NCBI GenBank assembly: GCA_030605415.1
Contig: JAUWIJ010000005.1
Span: 2,375-66,374, forward strand
Length of the DNA: 64,000 nt
Reading direction: 5' to 3'
Source of the DNA: an archaeon
GTDB lineage: Archaea; Nanobdellota; Nanobdellia; Pacearchaeales; GW2011-AR1
Part shown: positions 31,846-42,114 of the stretch, piece by piece
Layout of the letters: every line of letters begins with the position of its first letter
Numbering within the stretch: position 1 is the first letter of the stretch
Notes under the pieces: generated by a model
Seen by the model: the letters and a program-made list of their open reading frames with translations, nothing else
What the model was told of the DNA's origin: nothing
Database searches by the model: none
Position numbers and translations under genes: made by a program

Positions 31846-32655
31846 ATGAGAACAATAAAAAATATTCATAACATGATAAAACATTATTCTAACCAAATTG
31901 TTTTTAGAGCTTACTATCTCTTTTATTGTTTAAATCATAAAAAACCAAAAGTCGCTATTGCCCAAATGCCTAAACTTAAAGAAAAGATATATTGTATTGG
32001 GGATAGCCATGTGGTTCTTTTTTCTAAAAGGGATAAATTATTGCCGATATGGGATTTTAATAACCGTTGTTATAGAGAGAATGAAAACTTTATAGTTTAT
32101 CAAATCGGTCCGGCATTAGCTTACAACTTAATGAGACAAGACACAAAAACAAAATCTAAAGAAAAAATAGAGTGTATTTTGAGAGAAATACCAAAAGGGA
32201 GCAAAATAATTTTAAGTTTTGGCGAGATTGACTGTAGAGTTCATCTGTCAAAAAGAATATTGAAAGAACCGAGTAAAGAAAAACAACAACAAATTATTTA
32301 TAGTTGTGCAGAAAGATATATGGAGTTTATCAAAAGTCTAAAAAAAGATTACAACCCAATCGTGTTTGGTGTCCCTCCAAGTAATAATTTCCCGTTTAAA
32401 GATAGACAGTACCCTCATCTTGGTTCTGGTATTTTTAGAAACAAAATCACTAAGGAATTCAACGAGTATCTTGAGAGAAATTTGTCAAAGTTTAATGTTC
32501 CCGTGGTATCTCTGTATGATTATTTAGTAGATAAAAAGGGGCAAACCCTTGTGCATTATCAAATCGATGGTGTACATCTTTCTCAAAGAGCTGTACCTTT
32601 TTTGATAAAAGAGTTAGAAAAAATGGGTTTATTTAGAGAATGTTGTAATGGCTAA
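31846..32655 (+). CDS. SGNH/GDSL-like hydrolase or acyl-esterase
   Basis: IGDSHV block I and DGVHLS block V motifs. Confidence 0.55.
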   Translation: MRTIKNIHNMIKHYSNQIVFRAYYLFYCLNHKKPKVAIAQMPKLKEKIYCIGDSHVVLFSKRDKLLPIWDFNNRCYRENENFIVYQIGPALAYNLMRQDTKTKSKEKIECILREIPKGSKIILSFGEIDCRVHLSKRILKEPSKEKQQQIIYSCAERYMEFIKSLKKDYNPIVFGVPPSNNFPFKDRQYPHLGSGIFRNKITKEFNEYLERNLSKFNVPVVSLYDYLVDKKGQTLVHYQIDGVHLSQRAVPFLIKELEKMGLFRECCNG

Positions 32656-33480
32656 TATTTTTTTAGGGACCATTAATACAATTCTTTTAATGAAATCTAA
32701 TTTATTTTTAGAACAAGCTTTTTGATATATAATTTTTTCTCTGATTGTCCTATTGTTTGCTCTTGCGTGAATAACTATTTGTGGATAATCATCAGGCCAT
32801 AATTGAGTCTCTTTTTGTCCATATTGACAGTGGTGTCTAAATGGCCTTAGATTGTTTTTTTTATATAATAAACTAAAGATACTCTGGTCATGTCGATTCT
32901 GCACAAATCCTGAATAATTTTTACCCAACTGACTTGGAATATCTGTTATGATTCTTTCGTCTTGAGCATAATTTAGATAATCCTTAATAAAGCTAATAGA
33001 CTTTGGGCTTTTTTTAAAAAGCATGCTACCCGCACCTCTTTGAGGAGTGTTATAATATTTTTTGGAATCAGTATTCATTAAAATAAAAGCATCTCTTTTT
33101 GTCCATACTTTTTCTAGATGTCCCTTTTTATTTGAAAATCCCATTATATCTTGATTATATTTTTTAGATAAATCAATCAAATAATCTATCTTGTTAATGA
33201 AATAAGAACCCGAATCTGCATAAAAAATAAAATCTCCATGCTTAATATCTTTTCTCATTAAGGTCTTTAATATTATATAAGGTTTCCAAAGCCAGTAACC
33301 TCCGCCTCTTAGTTGCTTCAGGATGTGTTTGTTTTTTTTGTAGAATTTTTCATCTATGTCTTTTGGTGAATATTCTATTACTCGATCGAAGTTTCCGACT
33401 TCCATCCCGGTTTTTGAGTTTAGTTTTTGAGACTTTTTGTAGGCATCGTTTGTGTAGTTGATTAAAATCTTTTTTGCCAT
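32629..33480 (-). CDS. putative glycosyltransferase (family not determined)
   Basis: 283-aa ORF in a glycan cluster with a GGGYWLWKPYII motif. Family assignment is not secure. Confidence 0.35.
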   Translation of the reverse strand: MAKKILINYTNDAYKKSQKLNSKTGMEVGNFDRVIEYSPKDIDEKFYKKNKHILKQLRGGGYWLWKPYIILKTLMRKDIKHGDFIFYADSGSYFINKIDYLIDLSKKYNQDIMGFSNKKGHLEKVWTKRDAFILMNTDSKKYYNTPQRGAGSMLFKKSPKSISFIKDYLNYAQDERIITDIPSQLGKNYSGFVQNRHDQSIFSLLYKKNNLRPFRHHCQYGQKETQLWPDDYPQIVIHARANNRTIREKIIYQKACSKNKLDFIKRIVLMVPKKILAITTFSK

Positions 33481-34445
33481 TACCAGTAGGAATTCCCATC
33501 TTTTATTTCTTTTAGCTTTTTCGGAGTATCTTCAAGAAGTGGATAAATCCAATTTTTTGGAAAATTTATTTTTTCCACTTCTTCCCATCTTCTACCTTTA
33601 ATTCCGAATAATAATTGTAATGTGCCTCCTATATGGATTGCCTGCTTTCCAATTTTTTTAACATGTGCTGCTAATGGAAATCCGTAGGCACCGCAACCGA
33701 TTAAGGCAATATCGAAATTGTTTTTATTTTTGTTTATTTGTTTTTTTATATATTCCAATGCTTCAAACCAATCTTTGAATTTTATTTTTTCTCCTCTTGA
33801 ACTTTGCACGGCTTGAATTACTTTTAGACTTTTAAAGTTGGGAATTATTTTAATTTGTTTTTTGTTTTTATATTGATATTCGATAGTCTTTTTGAAAGGG
33901 TGAATGATTAAAACTCTTTTTCCTACTAATGACTGTGTCCAATTATTTTTATAAGTATTTAGAGATTCTAAGCTAATCAAAGCGTTAATATTGGGTAGTG
34001 ATACTATAACTTCTTTTTTTTTATTAAAATAATATTTGTAAAGCCATATTGCTAATACATCTACTTGCCTTGCGGATTCTGCATATATTTTTTTAAACTT
34101 TGGGAGCAATTGTTTGTCTTTTGGAAAAAATCCAGAGAGTCTATTTAATTCCTCTATTGCATCGTCTTCGTTTTTTAATTTAAATAATGTTGAAAACTCT
34201 GTGCCCCCATATCTCCCTATCATAAAAGGTTTTTCGGAATTAATCATTTTTTTTATTAAATCGTTTGCTGTTTTATCCGATAGTAATTTTAAACGTTTTT
34301 TGCCATTGTTGATTCCAAGTATTTTTACGATATATGTCAAGAAAGAGAATTTTATTTTTTTGATTAAATTATAAGGGATTCTAAATATTTTTTCTAATGC
34401 TTTGTTTTTTTTTATGAGATTTCTTAATTGCTTATTCATTTTCAT
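33480..34445 (-). CDS. putative GT-D-fold glycosyltransferase (DUF1792-like)
   Basis: MIGRYGGTEF and ALIGCGAYGFPLAAHVKKIGKQAIHIGG motifs. Confidence 0.5.
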   Translation of the reverse strand: MKMNKQLRNLIKKNKALEKIFRIPYNLIKKIKFSFLTYIVKILGINNGKKRLKLLSDKTANDLIKKMINSEKPFMIGRYGGTEFSTLFKLKNEDDAIEELNRLSGFFPKDKQLLPKFKKIYAESARQVDVLAIWLYKYYFNKKKEVIVSLPNINALISLESLNTYKNNWTQSLVGKRVLIIHPFKKTIEYQYKNKKQIKIIPNFKSLKVIQAVQSSRGEKIKFKDWFEALEYIKKQINKNKNNFDIALIGCGAYGFPLAAHVKKIGKQAIHIGGTLQLLFGIKGRRWEEVEKINFPKNWIYPLLEDTPKKLKEIKDGNSYW

Positions 34446-35176
34446 GGAATCACTCGCCTGAGGATTCTCTTGATTTTTTGTGGAATTATGGAAGAAATTT
34501 GATGATATCTTTGTGCCTTTGGGGAAAATAACTTCGGGTGAACTATATTTAATGGAACTTTCCCGTTTTTACTGAATATCTTTTTTAACTTAGGCTCCTT
34601 TTCCAATCGGCTTCTCTTTACAAATAGAAACATGTTTTGAGCAAACCAAAAACTTACGTCGTCATTGTTCCAAAGTTTATTTCTAAAACAATCTATTGGA
34701 ACATATCCATAATTTTTGAATATATTTACCCAATAAGTTTGCCATTGCTCGTTTATGTGATTAACTCCTCCCTGTAAGGGTATCGCTGCGGAAAAAAGTA
34801 CCATGTCTGATTCGCTAGTTATGTTTTTAATAAATTGCCTTGCTGTCCCTTTTGACAAATGCTCTGCCACTTCTAGCGATATTGCTAAATTAAAATTTTT
34901 TCCCGTAGGTACAAATTTTTCTAGGTTTTCTTCTAAGAATTCTTTTTCAGAAATTAAAAGCTGTTCTTTTTTAATCCATGGCCCATCAACTCCTAGGACG
35001 TCTTTCACACTATTATCCTTAAACACTTTGAGAAAGCTTCCGTTGCCACACCCAATGTCAATAACACTTCGTGGGTTGATTAAGTCTATTACTATTGGAA
35101 CTATTACTTTTGCAGATTTTAGAGATGCCGTACGGTTATTATAAAAATCTTTTGAGTATTCCATTTTATTTTTCAT
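34442..35176 (-). CDS. class I SAM-dependent methyltransferase
   Basis: VIDIGCGNGSF motif I and a LEVAEHL motif. Confidence 0.8.
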   Translation of the reverse strand: MKNKMEYSKDFYNNRTASLKSAKVIVPIVIDLINPRSVIDIGCGNGSFLKVFKDNSVKDVLGVDGPWIKKEQLLISEKEFLEENLEKFVPTGKNFNLAISLEVAEHLSKGTARQFIKNITSESDMVLFSAAIPLQGGVNHINEQWQTYWVNIFKNYGYVPIDCFRNKLWNNDDVSFWFAQNMFLFVKRSRLEKEPKLKKIFSKNGKVPLNIVHPKLFSPKAQRYHQISSIIPQKIKRILRRVIP

Positions 35177-35976
35177 CTTCTTATAATTTTCCTATAATTT
35201 TTTCTTAAAAAATCGTATAGACCTATCTTCTTAAGTGTTGTTAGAATAAGCCATTTTCTTTTCAGGGCTACAGCTTGTTTCTGATATATTAGATTGTATT
35301 TTAGTAAAACTCCTAGTCTTTCCTTGATATGTTGTCTTGCAATTTTATAAGTAGTACTCATTCCATTTAAATCAAAAACCGAAACAATAACTGGTAGATA
35401 TTTCACTTTAACTCTGCCTTTAACAATTGTCTTTATCCAGAATTCATAATCACTAACAATTTTATATTTCTCATCATATCCCCCAAATTTCTTGAATAAA
35501 TTTTTTTTAATAAAGGTTGCCTGATGGGAAATTGTTTTGTTAATAAAAAATTTCTTGCTTAGTTTTGCTTCACCGTAATCTACAACTTCTTCGTTATCAT
35601 AAACTAAATCTCCGTAATATATCTCATTTTTCTTTTTATCTTTTTGAATGAAATCAGAGACTTTTCGTAAAACATTTTTATCCTTTAGGTAATCTCCTCC
35701 GTTGAGAAATAGAAGATATTCTCCTTTTGATTTTAATATTCCTTTGTTCATTGCATTATAGATTCCTGTATCTTTTTCGGAGGTAATTGAGGTTGTATAT
35801 TTTTTATATTCTTTTATTATAGAGAGAGTTTTATCTGTTGATTTCCCGTCAATTATTATCCATTCAAAATCTTTGTAAGTTTGTTTGGCGATACTTTCGC
35901 AGGTTGCCTTTATCTTTTTTTCTTCGTTGTAGCAGACTGTTATTATTGAAATTATAGACCTTGTCATTCTACCCAA
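35173..35976 (-). CDS. glycosyltransferase family 2
   Basis: ISIITVCYNEE...IIIDGKSTDKT and FLNGGD motifs. Confidence 0.85.
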   Translation of the reverse strand: MGRMTRSIISIITVCYNEEKKIKATCESIAKQTYKDFEWIIIDGKSTDKTLSIIKEYKKYTTSITSEKDTGIYNAMNKGILKSKGEYLLFLNGGDYLKDKNVLRKVSDFIQKDKKKNEIYYGDLVYDNEEVVDYGEAKLSKKFFINKTISHQATFIKKNLFKKFGGYDEKYKIVSDYEFWIKTIVKGRVKVKYLPVIVSVFDLNGMSTTYKIARQHIKERLGVLLKYNLIYQKQAVALKRKWLILTTLKKIGLYDFLRKNYRKIIRR

Positions 35977-36008
35977 AGCAATAAAAAGTATTTAAGGCTA
36001 TTTGTTGT

Positions 36009-37028
36009 ATGAATAAAATTCTTGCCGTGTCTGTTATTATGCCTGTTTATAATTCTAGGAAATATTTGGAAAAAGCTATTAGTTCGGTTTTAAATCAGAG
36101 CCTGAAAGATGTGGAAATTATTTGTGTGGATGACTGTTCGAGTGATGGTTCATTGGAGGTTCTTCGGAAACTTGAGAGGAGTGATAGAAGAGTTAGGGTC
36201 TTTAGAAATAAGAAAAATGTTGGGCCTGGTTTGTCTCGGAATGTTGGAATAAAAAAGGCTCGTGGTGAGTATGTTTGTTTTCTTGATTCGGATGATTGGT
36301 TGGAGGGGGATGCTTTGGAGAGATTGCATAAGAAGGGGAAGAGTGAGAATTTGGATGTTGTTTACATTTGGCCGAAGTTGGTTTTTGCTGACAGGGTTGT
36401 TTTGGATAAGAGGTTACTTAGTTTGGAGGATGTTGAGGATAAGGATGTTATTTTTAGAAAGAATCTTATGAGGAAGGTTGCTTGGGCACCGTGGTCGAAA
36501 TTTATTAAGAGAGAATTATTGATTAAGAATAGGATTAATTTTCCTGATATTTATATTGCGGAGGATATGAATTTTTCTGCTAAGGTTATTTATTATGCTA
36601 AGAAAATTAGTTTTGTGGATGAGTATTTTTACAACTACAATCTTCGTGAGGGATCGTTGATGTCTTATACTAAACCTAAAAGAAGAATTGAAAATTATTT
36701 TGAGAGTATTCGGCTAATGGAGGGGCTTTTGAAAGAGAAAAGAATTTTAGAGAAATATCAAAGAGAATTTCTTTATTTTAAGCTTTATAATTATTTGGCT
36801 ATTTATGGCGTGATGTTTTATGCCAGTGAAGAACTCGATGAGATATTGCACAAGAAGAAGATTTGGAATGATGAGGATTTTAAAATTATAAATATTTTAA
36901 AAGTTGGAATTTTTGATTCTGTTATGGTTGGATCTTTTTTGATTAAGATTGGTTTATTCAGCCCAGTTTTTAAAATTAGAGAATTTTTTAGGATTTTATT
37001 TAGGAAATGGGGGAAAAGAAATAGTTAG
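36009..37028 (+). CDS. glycosyltransferase family 2
   Basis: VSVIMPVYNSRKYL, VDDCSSDGS and FLDSDDW motifs. Confidence 0.85.
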   Translation: MNKILAVSVIMPVYNSRKYLEKAISSVLNQSLKDVEIICVDDCSSDGSLEVLRKLERSDRRVRVFRNKKNVGPGLSRNVGIKKARGEYVCFLDSDDWLEGDALERLHKKGKSENLDVVYIWPKLVFADRVVLDKRLLSLEDVEDKDVIFRKNLMRKVAWAPWSKFIKRELLIKNRINFPDIYIAEDMNFSAKVIYYAKKISFVDEYFYNYNLREGSLMSYTKPKRRIENYFESIRLMEGLLKEKRILEKYQREFLYFKLYNYLAIYGVMFYASEELDEILHKKKIWNDEDFKIINILKVGIFDSVMVGSFLIKIGLFSPVFKIREFFRILFRKWGKRNS

Positions 37029-37030
37029 TT

Positions 37031-38389
37031 TCAATTTAATTTTCTTGATATTACTAATCCCGCCAAATAAACATATCTTGAAATAATTGTCGCTATACAT
37101 GCTCCCATAACTGCGTGAAACATTGAATAGTGTAGTCCAATATTAATGAATGCGTAATTTAGAATTATATTTAATATTGTTGAGATGATTAATAAAACTG
37201 AAATAATTTTTGTTCTTTTTTGAGATGTGTAGTATGTTGTGTATAAACTAATCATTGGAAAGCTGATTAAAAGAAGCGATAGTACTTTTAGATAACTAAT
37301 TGCCGTTAGATATTCTGCGCCATAAATAAATTGAATAAGTAGTGGGGCTACGATAAATGTAAATATTGCTGCCGCGATTGAAATTAGAAGTGTAATGTTT
37401 CTGGTTTTTTTGAATCCCTGCTCAAGCTTCTTCCCTTTAAGTCTGGCGAATATTGGAAAGGTGGCGGCGGCAGAAAACGCAATTATAACTGAAGCTGAGG
37501 CTACTAGATTGAAAGCCGCCTGATAAAATCCGAGGAATTGGCCTTCGACATAATGTCCGAGCATAATTTGATCAATATAGCCAAAAAATATTCCGGAGAG
37601 AGCTGTGATAGATAGTGGAAGGATGAATTTTATTAATTCGCTTTTTTCTTTGGAATTTAATTTTTGCGCTTTTGTTTTTCTGAATGGATGTTTTAGTTTT
37701 GCTGTTATAAAGAGATAGGCGCCTCCAAGAAAATTGCAGAGAGAGAGGGCTATAAAAATCCACAGCAAATAAAATTCTACTGAGGAGACTTTGGCTAAAA
37801 AATAAATTATGAAAAGTGGGACTATTGTTAATCTGGATAGCTGGACAATTATTTCTTTTGTGAATTGGGGACGGAAGTCGTTTTTAGCGGTGAAAATTGG
37901 TCCTAAATATCCTGAGAAAATTACTATTGGAAGATAGATTGCACCTGCGAGTAGGGCATAATAAATTGGTTTATTGTAGTATGAATTAGCAAGCCATCCT
38001 GCCGAGGCCAAAAGTATTATGGATGATAGTGCAATTAATAAAATTTTATATTTTGTCAGAAGATAGAGATACCCTTTAGCTTTGGCGGGATTTTTGTCTA
38101 TTGTTTTTGACATGAATGTCATCAGCGCCGAACTTATTCCAAAATCACTAAAAACTCCCATAAGTAAAATAGTTGAGAGAGCCAGACCATATAGTCCATA
38201 AATTTCTGGCAGCATTAGTCTCGCTATAATGATAGTAAAGAGAAGTGAGCCTATTTTTGCGACCAAGGTTGTTGCAATTTGCCAAGTTGAATTTTTTATA
38301 GCTCGTCCCTCGTTTCCCGAAAAATCCCTCCGCTTAAATCTGCCTAAAATTTCTTTGGCTTCGCCTGTTTCTTTTTTTATTATATTCAT
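37031..38389 (-). CDS. polysaccharide/oligosaccharide flippase (Wzx, MOP superfamily)
   Basis: 452 aa, about 12-14 TM segments, position in a glycan cluster. Confidence 0.75.
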   Translation of the reverse strand: MNIIKKETGEAKEILGRFKRRDFSGNEGRAIKNSTWQIATTLVAKIGSLLFTIIIARLMLPEIYGLYGLALSTILLMGVFSDFGISSALMTFMSKTIDKNPAKAKGYLYLLTKYKILLIALSSIILLASAGWLANSYYNKPIYYALLAGAIYLPIVIFSGYLGPIFTAKNDFRPQFTKEIIVQLSRLTIVPLFIIYFLAKVSSVEFYLLWIFIALSLCNFLGGAYLFITAKLKHPFRKTKAQKLNSKEKSELIKFILPLSITALSGIFFGYIDQIMLGHYVEGQFLGFYQAAFNLVASASVIIAFSAAATFPIFARLKGKKLEQGFKKTRNITLLISIAAAIFTFIVAPLLIQFIYGAEYLTAISYLKVLSLLLISFPMISLYTTYYTSQKRTKIISVLLIISTILNIILNYAFINIGLHYSMFHAVMGACIATIISRYVYLAGLVISRKLN

Positions 38390-38856
38390 AGTTTTTTGAA
38401 TTTTCCTCTTATATTATCTACCTCTTCAGCTTTTAAATTGTTTACAGTAATCTTTATTTTTAAATTGAATTTTTGACATAGTCTCATTGTTTCGATCAAA
38501 TCGTCTTTTGTTGCATTGGTCTCGTGATAATATTGCTTATCTATTCTATCCAGTTTAATATTTGTAGCTATATCGCAAAGTTCCTTATCGTTAAATAATT
38601 CCTTAATTAGTTCTATCGAGGCATTATGGTTTTCTGATTTTATACCACAGAAAAATAATAATGCTAGAATTGAATTATAAATTGAATAGTAAAAATCACT
38701 AGTAGATGATTCATAAAAGTTATTATTAAATAAAAGTTTGGCACTCTGAAAGAATTTGATGGAAGTTAAAAAATAATTTTGAGTTAGGTTTTTATTCGGT
38801 TTGACCAGCTGTATTATATCCTTCTTTTTTAAAAATTTATAATTTACTTTAACCAT
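38386..38856 (-). CDS. HEPN-domain protein (toxin-like partner of the upstream nucleotidyltransferase)
   Basis: Helical 156-aa protein overlapping the MNT gene by 13 nt; genomic pairing is typical of HEPN-MNT modules. Confidence 0.5.
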   Translation of the reverse strand: MVKVNYKFLKKKDIIQLVKPNKNLTQNYFLTSIKFFQSAKLLFNNNFYESSTSDFYYSIYNSILALLFFCGIKSENHNASIELIKELFNDKELCDIATNIKLDRIDKQYYHETNATKDDLIETMRLCQKFNLKIKITVNNLKAEEVDNIRGKFKKL

Positions 38857-39440
38857 TTTAATTTATAAAATAACTCCGAATTTAATATGGGAATTCCTGT
38901 CAAAACTTCCACGGTAAGCGGATGATTTATTTGTTTAATAAACTCTTTCTTGTTTAATACTTTAATGTTTATATCAATTCCATAATTCTCAGAAACTCTA
39001 CGGGTTATAGGATTGAGTTTTTCTTTTTTTAGATTTGTGATAAAAAACAGGTCCACGTCCGACTTTTTGTTATTTGACCCAGTCGAATAGCTTCCGAATA
39101 AAATCATACAATCAATATTAAAAATTTCTTTGTTTATTTCCAACATTAGTTCTTCAATAACTATTTTTAGTTTTGGATTTTTTACTATAATTTCTATTAG
39201 TTTTTGTTTGGATAACGCTACCAAATATTGCTTTGCTACAAAATTTTTATTGATAAAATAAACTATGCTTTTTCCAAACTTTTTCTTTTCTAATACACCC
39301 TGCTGATAAAAAAAATTTAAAATTTTTGTTATCTGAGCGTGAGAAATATTTATCTTCCTAGAGATTCTTCTGCTGTGATTTTCTCCAATTTCTAATACTC
39401 TTAAAACTTGATAATAGCTATTGGTAACTTTTGTTTCCAT
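38844..39440 (-). CDS. wHTH + minimal nucleotidyltransferase (MNT) protein
   Basis: ILFGSYSTGSNNKKSDVDLFFI (GS...DxD) motif and an N-terminal HTH-like region. Confidence 0.7.
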   Translation of the reverse strand: METKVTNSYYQVLRVLEIGENHSRRISRKINISHAQITKILNFFYQQGVLEKKKFGKSIVYFINKNFVAKQYLVALSKQKLIEIIVKNPKLKIVIEELMLEINKEIFNIDCMILFGSYSTGSNNKKSDVDLFFITNLKKEKLNPITRRVSENYGIDINIKVLNKKEFIKQINHPLTVEVLTGIPILNSELFYKLKWLK

Positions 39441-39498
39441 GTGTAATTTAAATATTACAATACTATTTAAACTTTTGGTTAAACTTTATAGTTCTTTT

Positions 39499-40326
39499 TT
39501 ATTTTAGGATTTTTGTAGGATTTTTCTCAATGAAATTATTTATAGAGACGACTCTTTTGCCGGTTTTCTTTTCAATTTCTTTTTTCGCGTTTCCTGCGAT
39601 AGTGCCTCCTTCTTTTGCGATAACTTTGCTTTCTTCAAACCCCTTTGGTAATTTGTTTTTAGAAATCTCCGCCGTTGTAGCTTCGGCTAACATATTCAAA
39701 ACTAACTCTATATTACTCATATTGTCCCTTAATCCTTCTTTTTTTAAATTTTTGAAATTCTTATATTCTTTTGTAGTCATTTCTGACCATGCTTTAGAAA
39801 TTTCGTCTGTTAGAATTGCGAACTCCTTTCCTTTCTGAACACCTCTCTTTTCCCATTCGTTAGTCAAATCTTTTCTAATTTCAATAGATTTCAATCTTTG
39901 GTTAATCCATTCTTTTGAATAGCCCTTTTCTAGATAAGTCTTAAGCGCTCGATTAATTGCAAGTTCGGGGTCAGCCGTTTCGTTAATTCTCTCATTTCCA
40001 ACATTTGCAAGCCATAATTTAAATGGTTCGGCTTTCTTTGATGGAATAGACTGAACTAATCTCAAAATTTGCTTAGTTGTTCCAACGTCTGTTAAATAAT
40101 ATTTTCCATCAGGGGCTTTCAATTTCAGTTGGTTACAATTTGTAACCAACTGACTTCCTTCTTTTTTAAGCCTATATTTGAGAACCTTCCAATAATTTCG
40201 TGGATTGGGGCTATCTGTTAAAATGTCAATAATGTCCACAATACTAAACAACCATTCTTCGTCCTCGCTAATCCATGCATGACGGATTTCTTTTCCTTTG
40301 AATATAAGTTTTTTTGGCTTAATCAT
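39499..40326 (-). CDS. DinD/Bro-N-like DNA-damage-inducible-type protein
   Basis: Overall architecture and motifs (N-terminal Bro-N-like region, C-terminal NIELVLNMLAEATTAEI...GGTIAGNAKKEIE) resemble E. coli DinD-type proteins. Confidence 0.55.
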   Translation of the reverse strand: MIKPKKLIFKGKEIRHAWISEDEEWLFSIVDIIDILTDSPNPRNYWKVLKYRLKKEGSQLVTNCNQLKLKAPDGKYYLTDVGTTKQILRLVQSIPSKKAEPFKLWLANVGNERINETADPELAINRALKTYLEKGYSKEWINQRLKSIEIRKDLTNEWEKRGVQKGKEFAILTDEISKAWSEMTTKEYKNFKNLKKEGLRDNMSNIELVLNMLAEATTAEISKNKLPKGFEESKVIAKEGGTIAGNAKKEIEKKTGKRVVSINNFIEKNPTKILK

Positions 40327-40541
40327 TTAATCTATAAAACTCCTTATTTATTAAAGATATGCCTTAAAATTTTGTATGGGTAATCCGGATTTTCGAAAAA
40401 ATTAGAAATAAATCCTGCTCCAAAGAATAAAATTAAAGAACTCTATTTTAGAATTTTCTTTTTTTAATTTTTAATTTTTTGTAATCCCAAAATTTCTGTT
40501 TCATAATAATCGGAAAGTTCTATTCCCCCTTTTTCATAAAC

Positions 40542-41003
40542 TTATAAATCTTTCAAGCTCCTCTTGCCCTCATTTCTTCCCATAATATAAAGTGGGAAAA
40601 TTTTATTATATAGTGGTTCGCCTCTCATAGTCAGGTCGATCCAGTCTGCAACCATATGAATTGCGACACCAATTAAAATCCAAAAGAATAAGTTATAAAC
40701 AAGTGATAGTGACGCTATAATTGCCCAGAATAGAATTCCGTGAAAGATAAATACTCCTTGTTTGAATTTTTCCCTTTCTTGTAAAGACAAACTGTGCCAT
40801 TTTGGAATTGATTTTATGTACCATTTTATTGCACGAATTGGATTCCAATTTTTCATTTCAAAGCCATACCAAAGATAGTGGTCAAAGTCAATTATCCATG
40901 AGGCGAGAAATATAATTAAACCCGCTGAGAATGAGAGGTTGAAAAGTTGGACTAAAGCAAGAGACGTTACGAGACCGATGAGAAGGTGATATTTGAATTT
41001 CAT
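40542..41003 (-). CDS. hypothetical integral membrane protein
   Basis: 153 aa with 4-5 predicted TM helices. No family recognised. Confidence 0.45.
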   Translation of the reverse strand: MKFKYHLLIGLVTSLALVQLFNLSFSAGLIIFLASWIIDFDHYLWYGFEMKNWNPIRAIKWYIKSIPKWHSLSLQEREKFKQGVFIFHGILFWAIIASLSLVYNLFFWILIGVAIHMVADWIDLTMRGEPLYNKIFPLYIMGRNEGKRSLKDL

Positions 41004-41057
41004 TTTGTTTATTTTAAATGTAGAAACCTATAAAAAGCTAATGTCTTTTTCTTGATA

Positions 41058-42113
41058 ATGAAGAAGGCATTGATTACTGGCATCACTGGACAGGATGGTT
41101 CTTACTTGGCAGAACTTCTTTTGGAAAAGGGATATGAAGTTCATGGGCTAGTTCGTAGGATTAGTTCTATTGGCACGTGGAGGATTGACCACTTGTATAA
41201 AGATAAAGAAATTCGTGATAAAAAATTATTTTTACATTATGGGGATATGACTGATGCGATTTCTATGACTAATCTTATTACAAAAATAAAGCCTGACGAA
41301 ATTTATAATTTGGCGGCTCAGAGTCATGTTAAGATTTCATTTGAGATTCCTGAAATAACTGCGAATATTGATGCGCTTGGAACTTTAAAATTGTTGGAGG
41401 TGGTGAAAAATCTTGGACTGAGAAATAAAATCAGGATATATCAGGCTTCGACTTCGGAATTATATGGGAAAGTTGTAGAGACACCACAGAGTGAAAAAAC
41501 TCCTTTTTATCCAAGAAGTCCGTATGCAGTCGCAAAATTATATGCATTTTGGATTATAAAAAATTATCGTGAAGCATATAATATGTTTGCGTGTAATGGG
41601 ATTCTATTTAATCATGAAAGTGAGAGGAGGGGTTTTAATTTTGTCACGAGAAAAATAGCTATTGCTTTATCTAAAATTAAATTGGGAAAGCGGGAGGTTC
41701 TCGAATTGGGAAATCTTGATTCCAAAAGAGATTGGGGCTATGCGAAAGAATATGTCGAGGCGATGTGGTTAATGTTGCAGCAGGATAAGCCTGAAGATTT
41801 TGTTATTGCTACAGGAGAGACTCATTCTGTTCGGGAATTTATTGAGGCATGTTGTGAAGAATTGGATATTAAATTGAAATGGGAGGGCGAGGGGACTGAT
41901 GAGGTTGGGATTGATGAGAATAGTGGGAAAATTATAATTAAAATTAATTCTAAATATTTTAGACCAACTGAGGTTGATGTTTTATTAGGAAACCCTACAA
42001 AGGCTAAAGAAAAATTAGGGTGGGAAGCTAAAATTAAATTCAGTGAATTGGCAAGATTGATGGTTAAAAGTGATTATGACCTGATTTCTCGAGGGGAAAA
42101 AGTTCTTTATTAA
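41058..42113 (+). CDS. gmd: GDP-mannose 4,6-dehydratase
   Basis: [39 protein letters not shown] and [10 protein letters not shown] motifs. Confidence 0.92.
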   Translation: MKKALITGITGQDGSYLAELLLEKGYEVHGLVRRISSIGTWRIDHLYKDKEIRDKKLFLHYGDMTDAISMTNLITKIKPDEIYNLAAQSHVKISFEIPEITANIDALGTLKLLEVVKNLGLRNKIRIYQASTSELYGKVVETPQSEKTPFYPRSPYAVAKLYAFWIIKNYREAYNMFACNGILFNHESERRGFNFVTRKIAIALSKIKLGKREVLELGNLDSKRDWGYAKEYVEAMWLMLQQDKPEDFVIATGETHSVREFIEACCEELDIKLKWEGEGTDEVGIDENSGKIIIKINSKYFRPTEVDVLLGNPTKAKEKLGWEAKIKFSELARLMVKSDYDLISRGEKVLY

Positions 42114-42114
42114 A

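Noticed and set aside
40327-40541. Possible decayed gene remnant on the minus strand (a short frame reading ...YEKGGIELSDYYETEILGLQ...).
   Set aside because: It is too short and there is no recognisable family. It cannot be supported from sequence alone.
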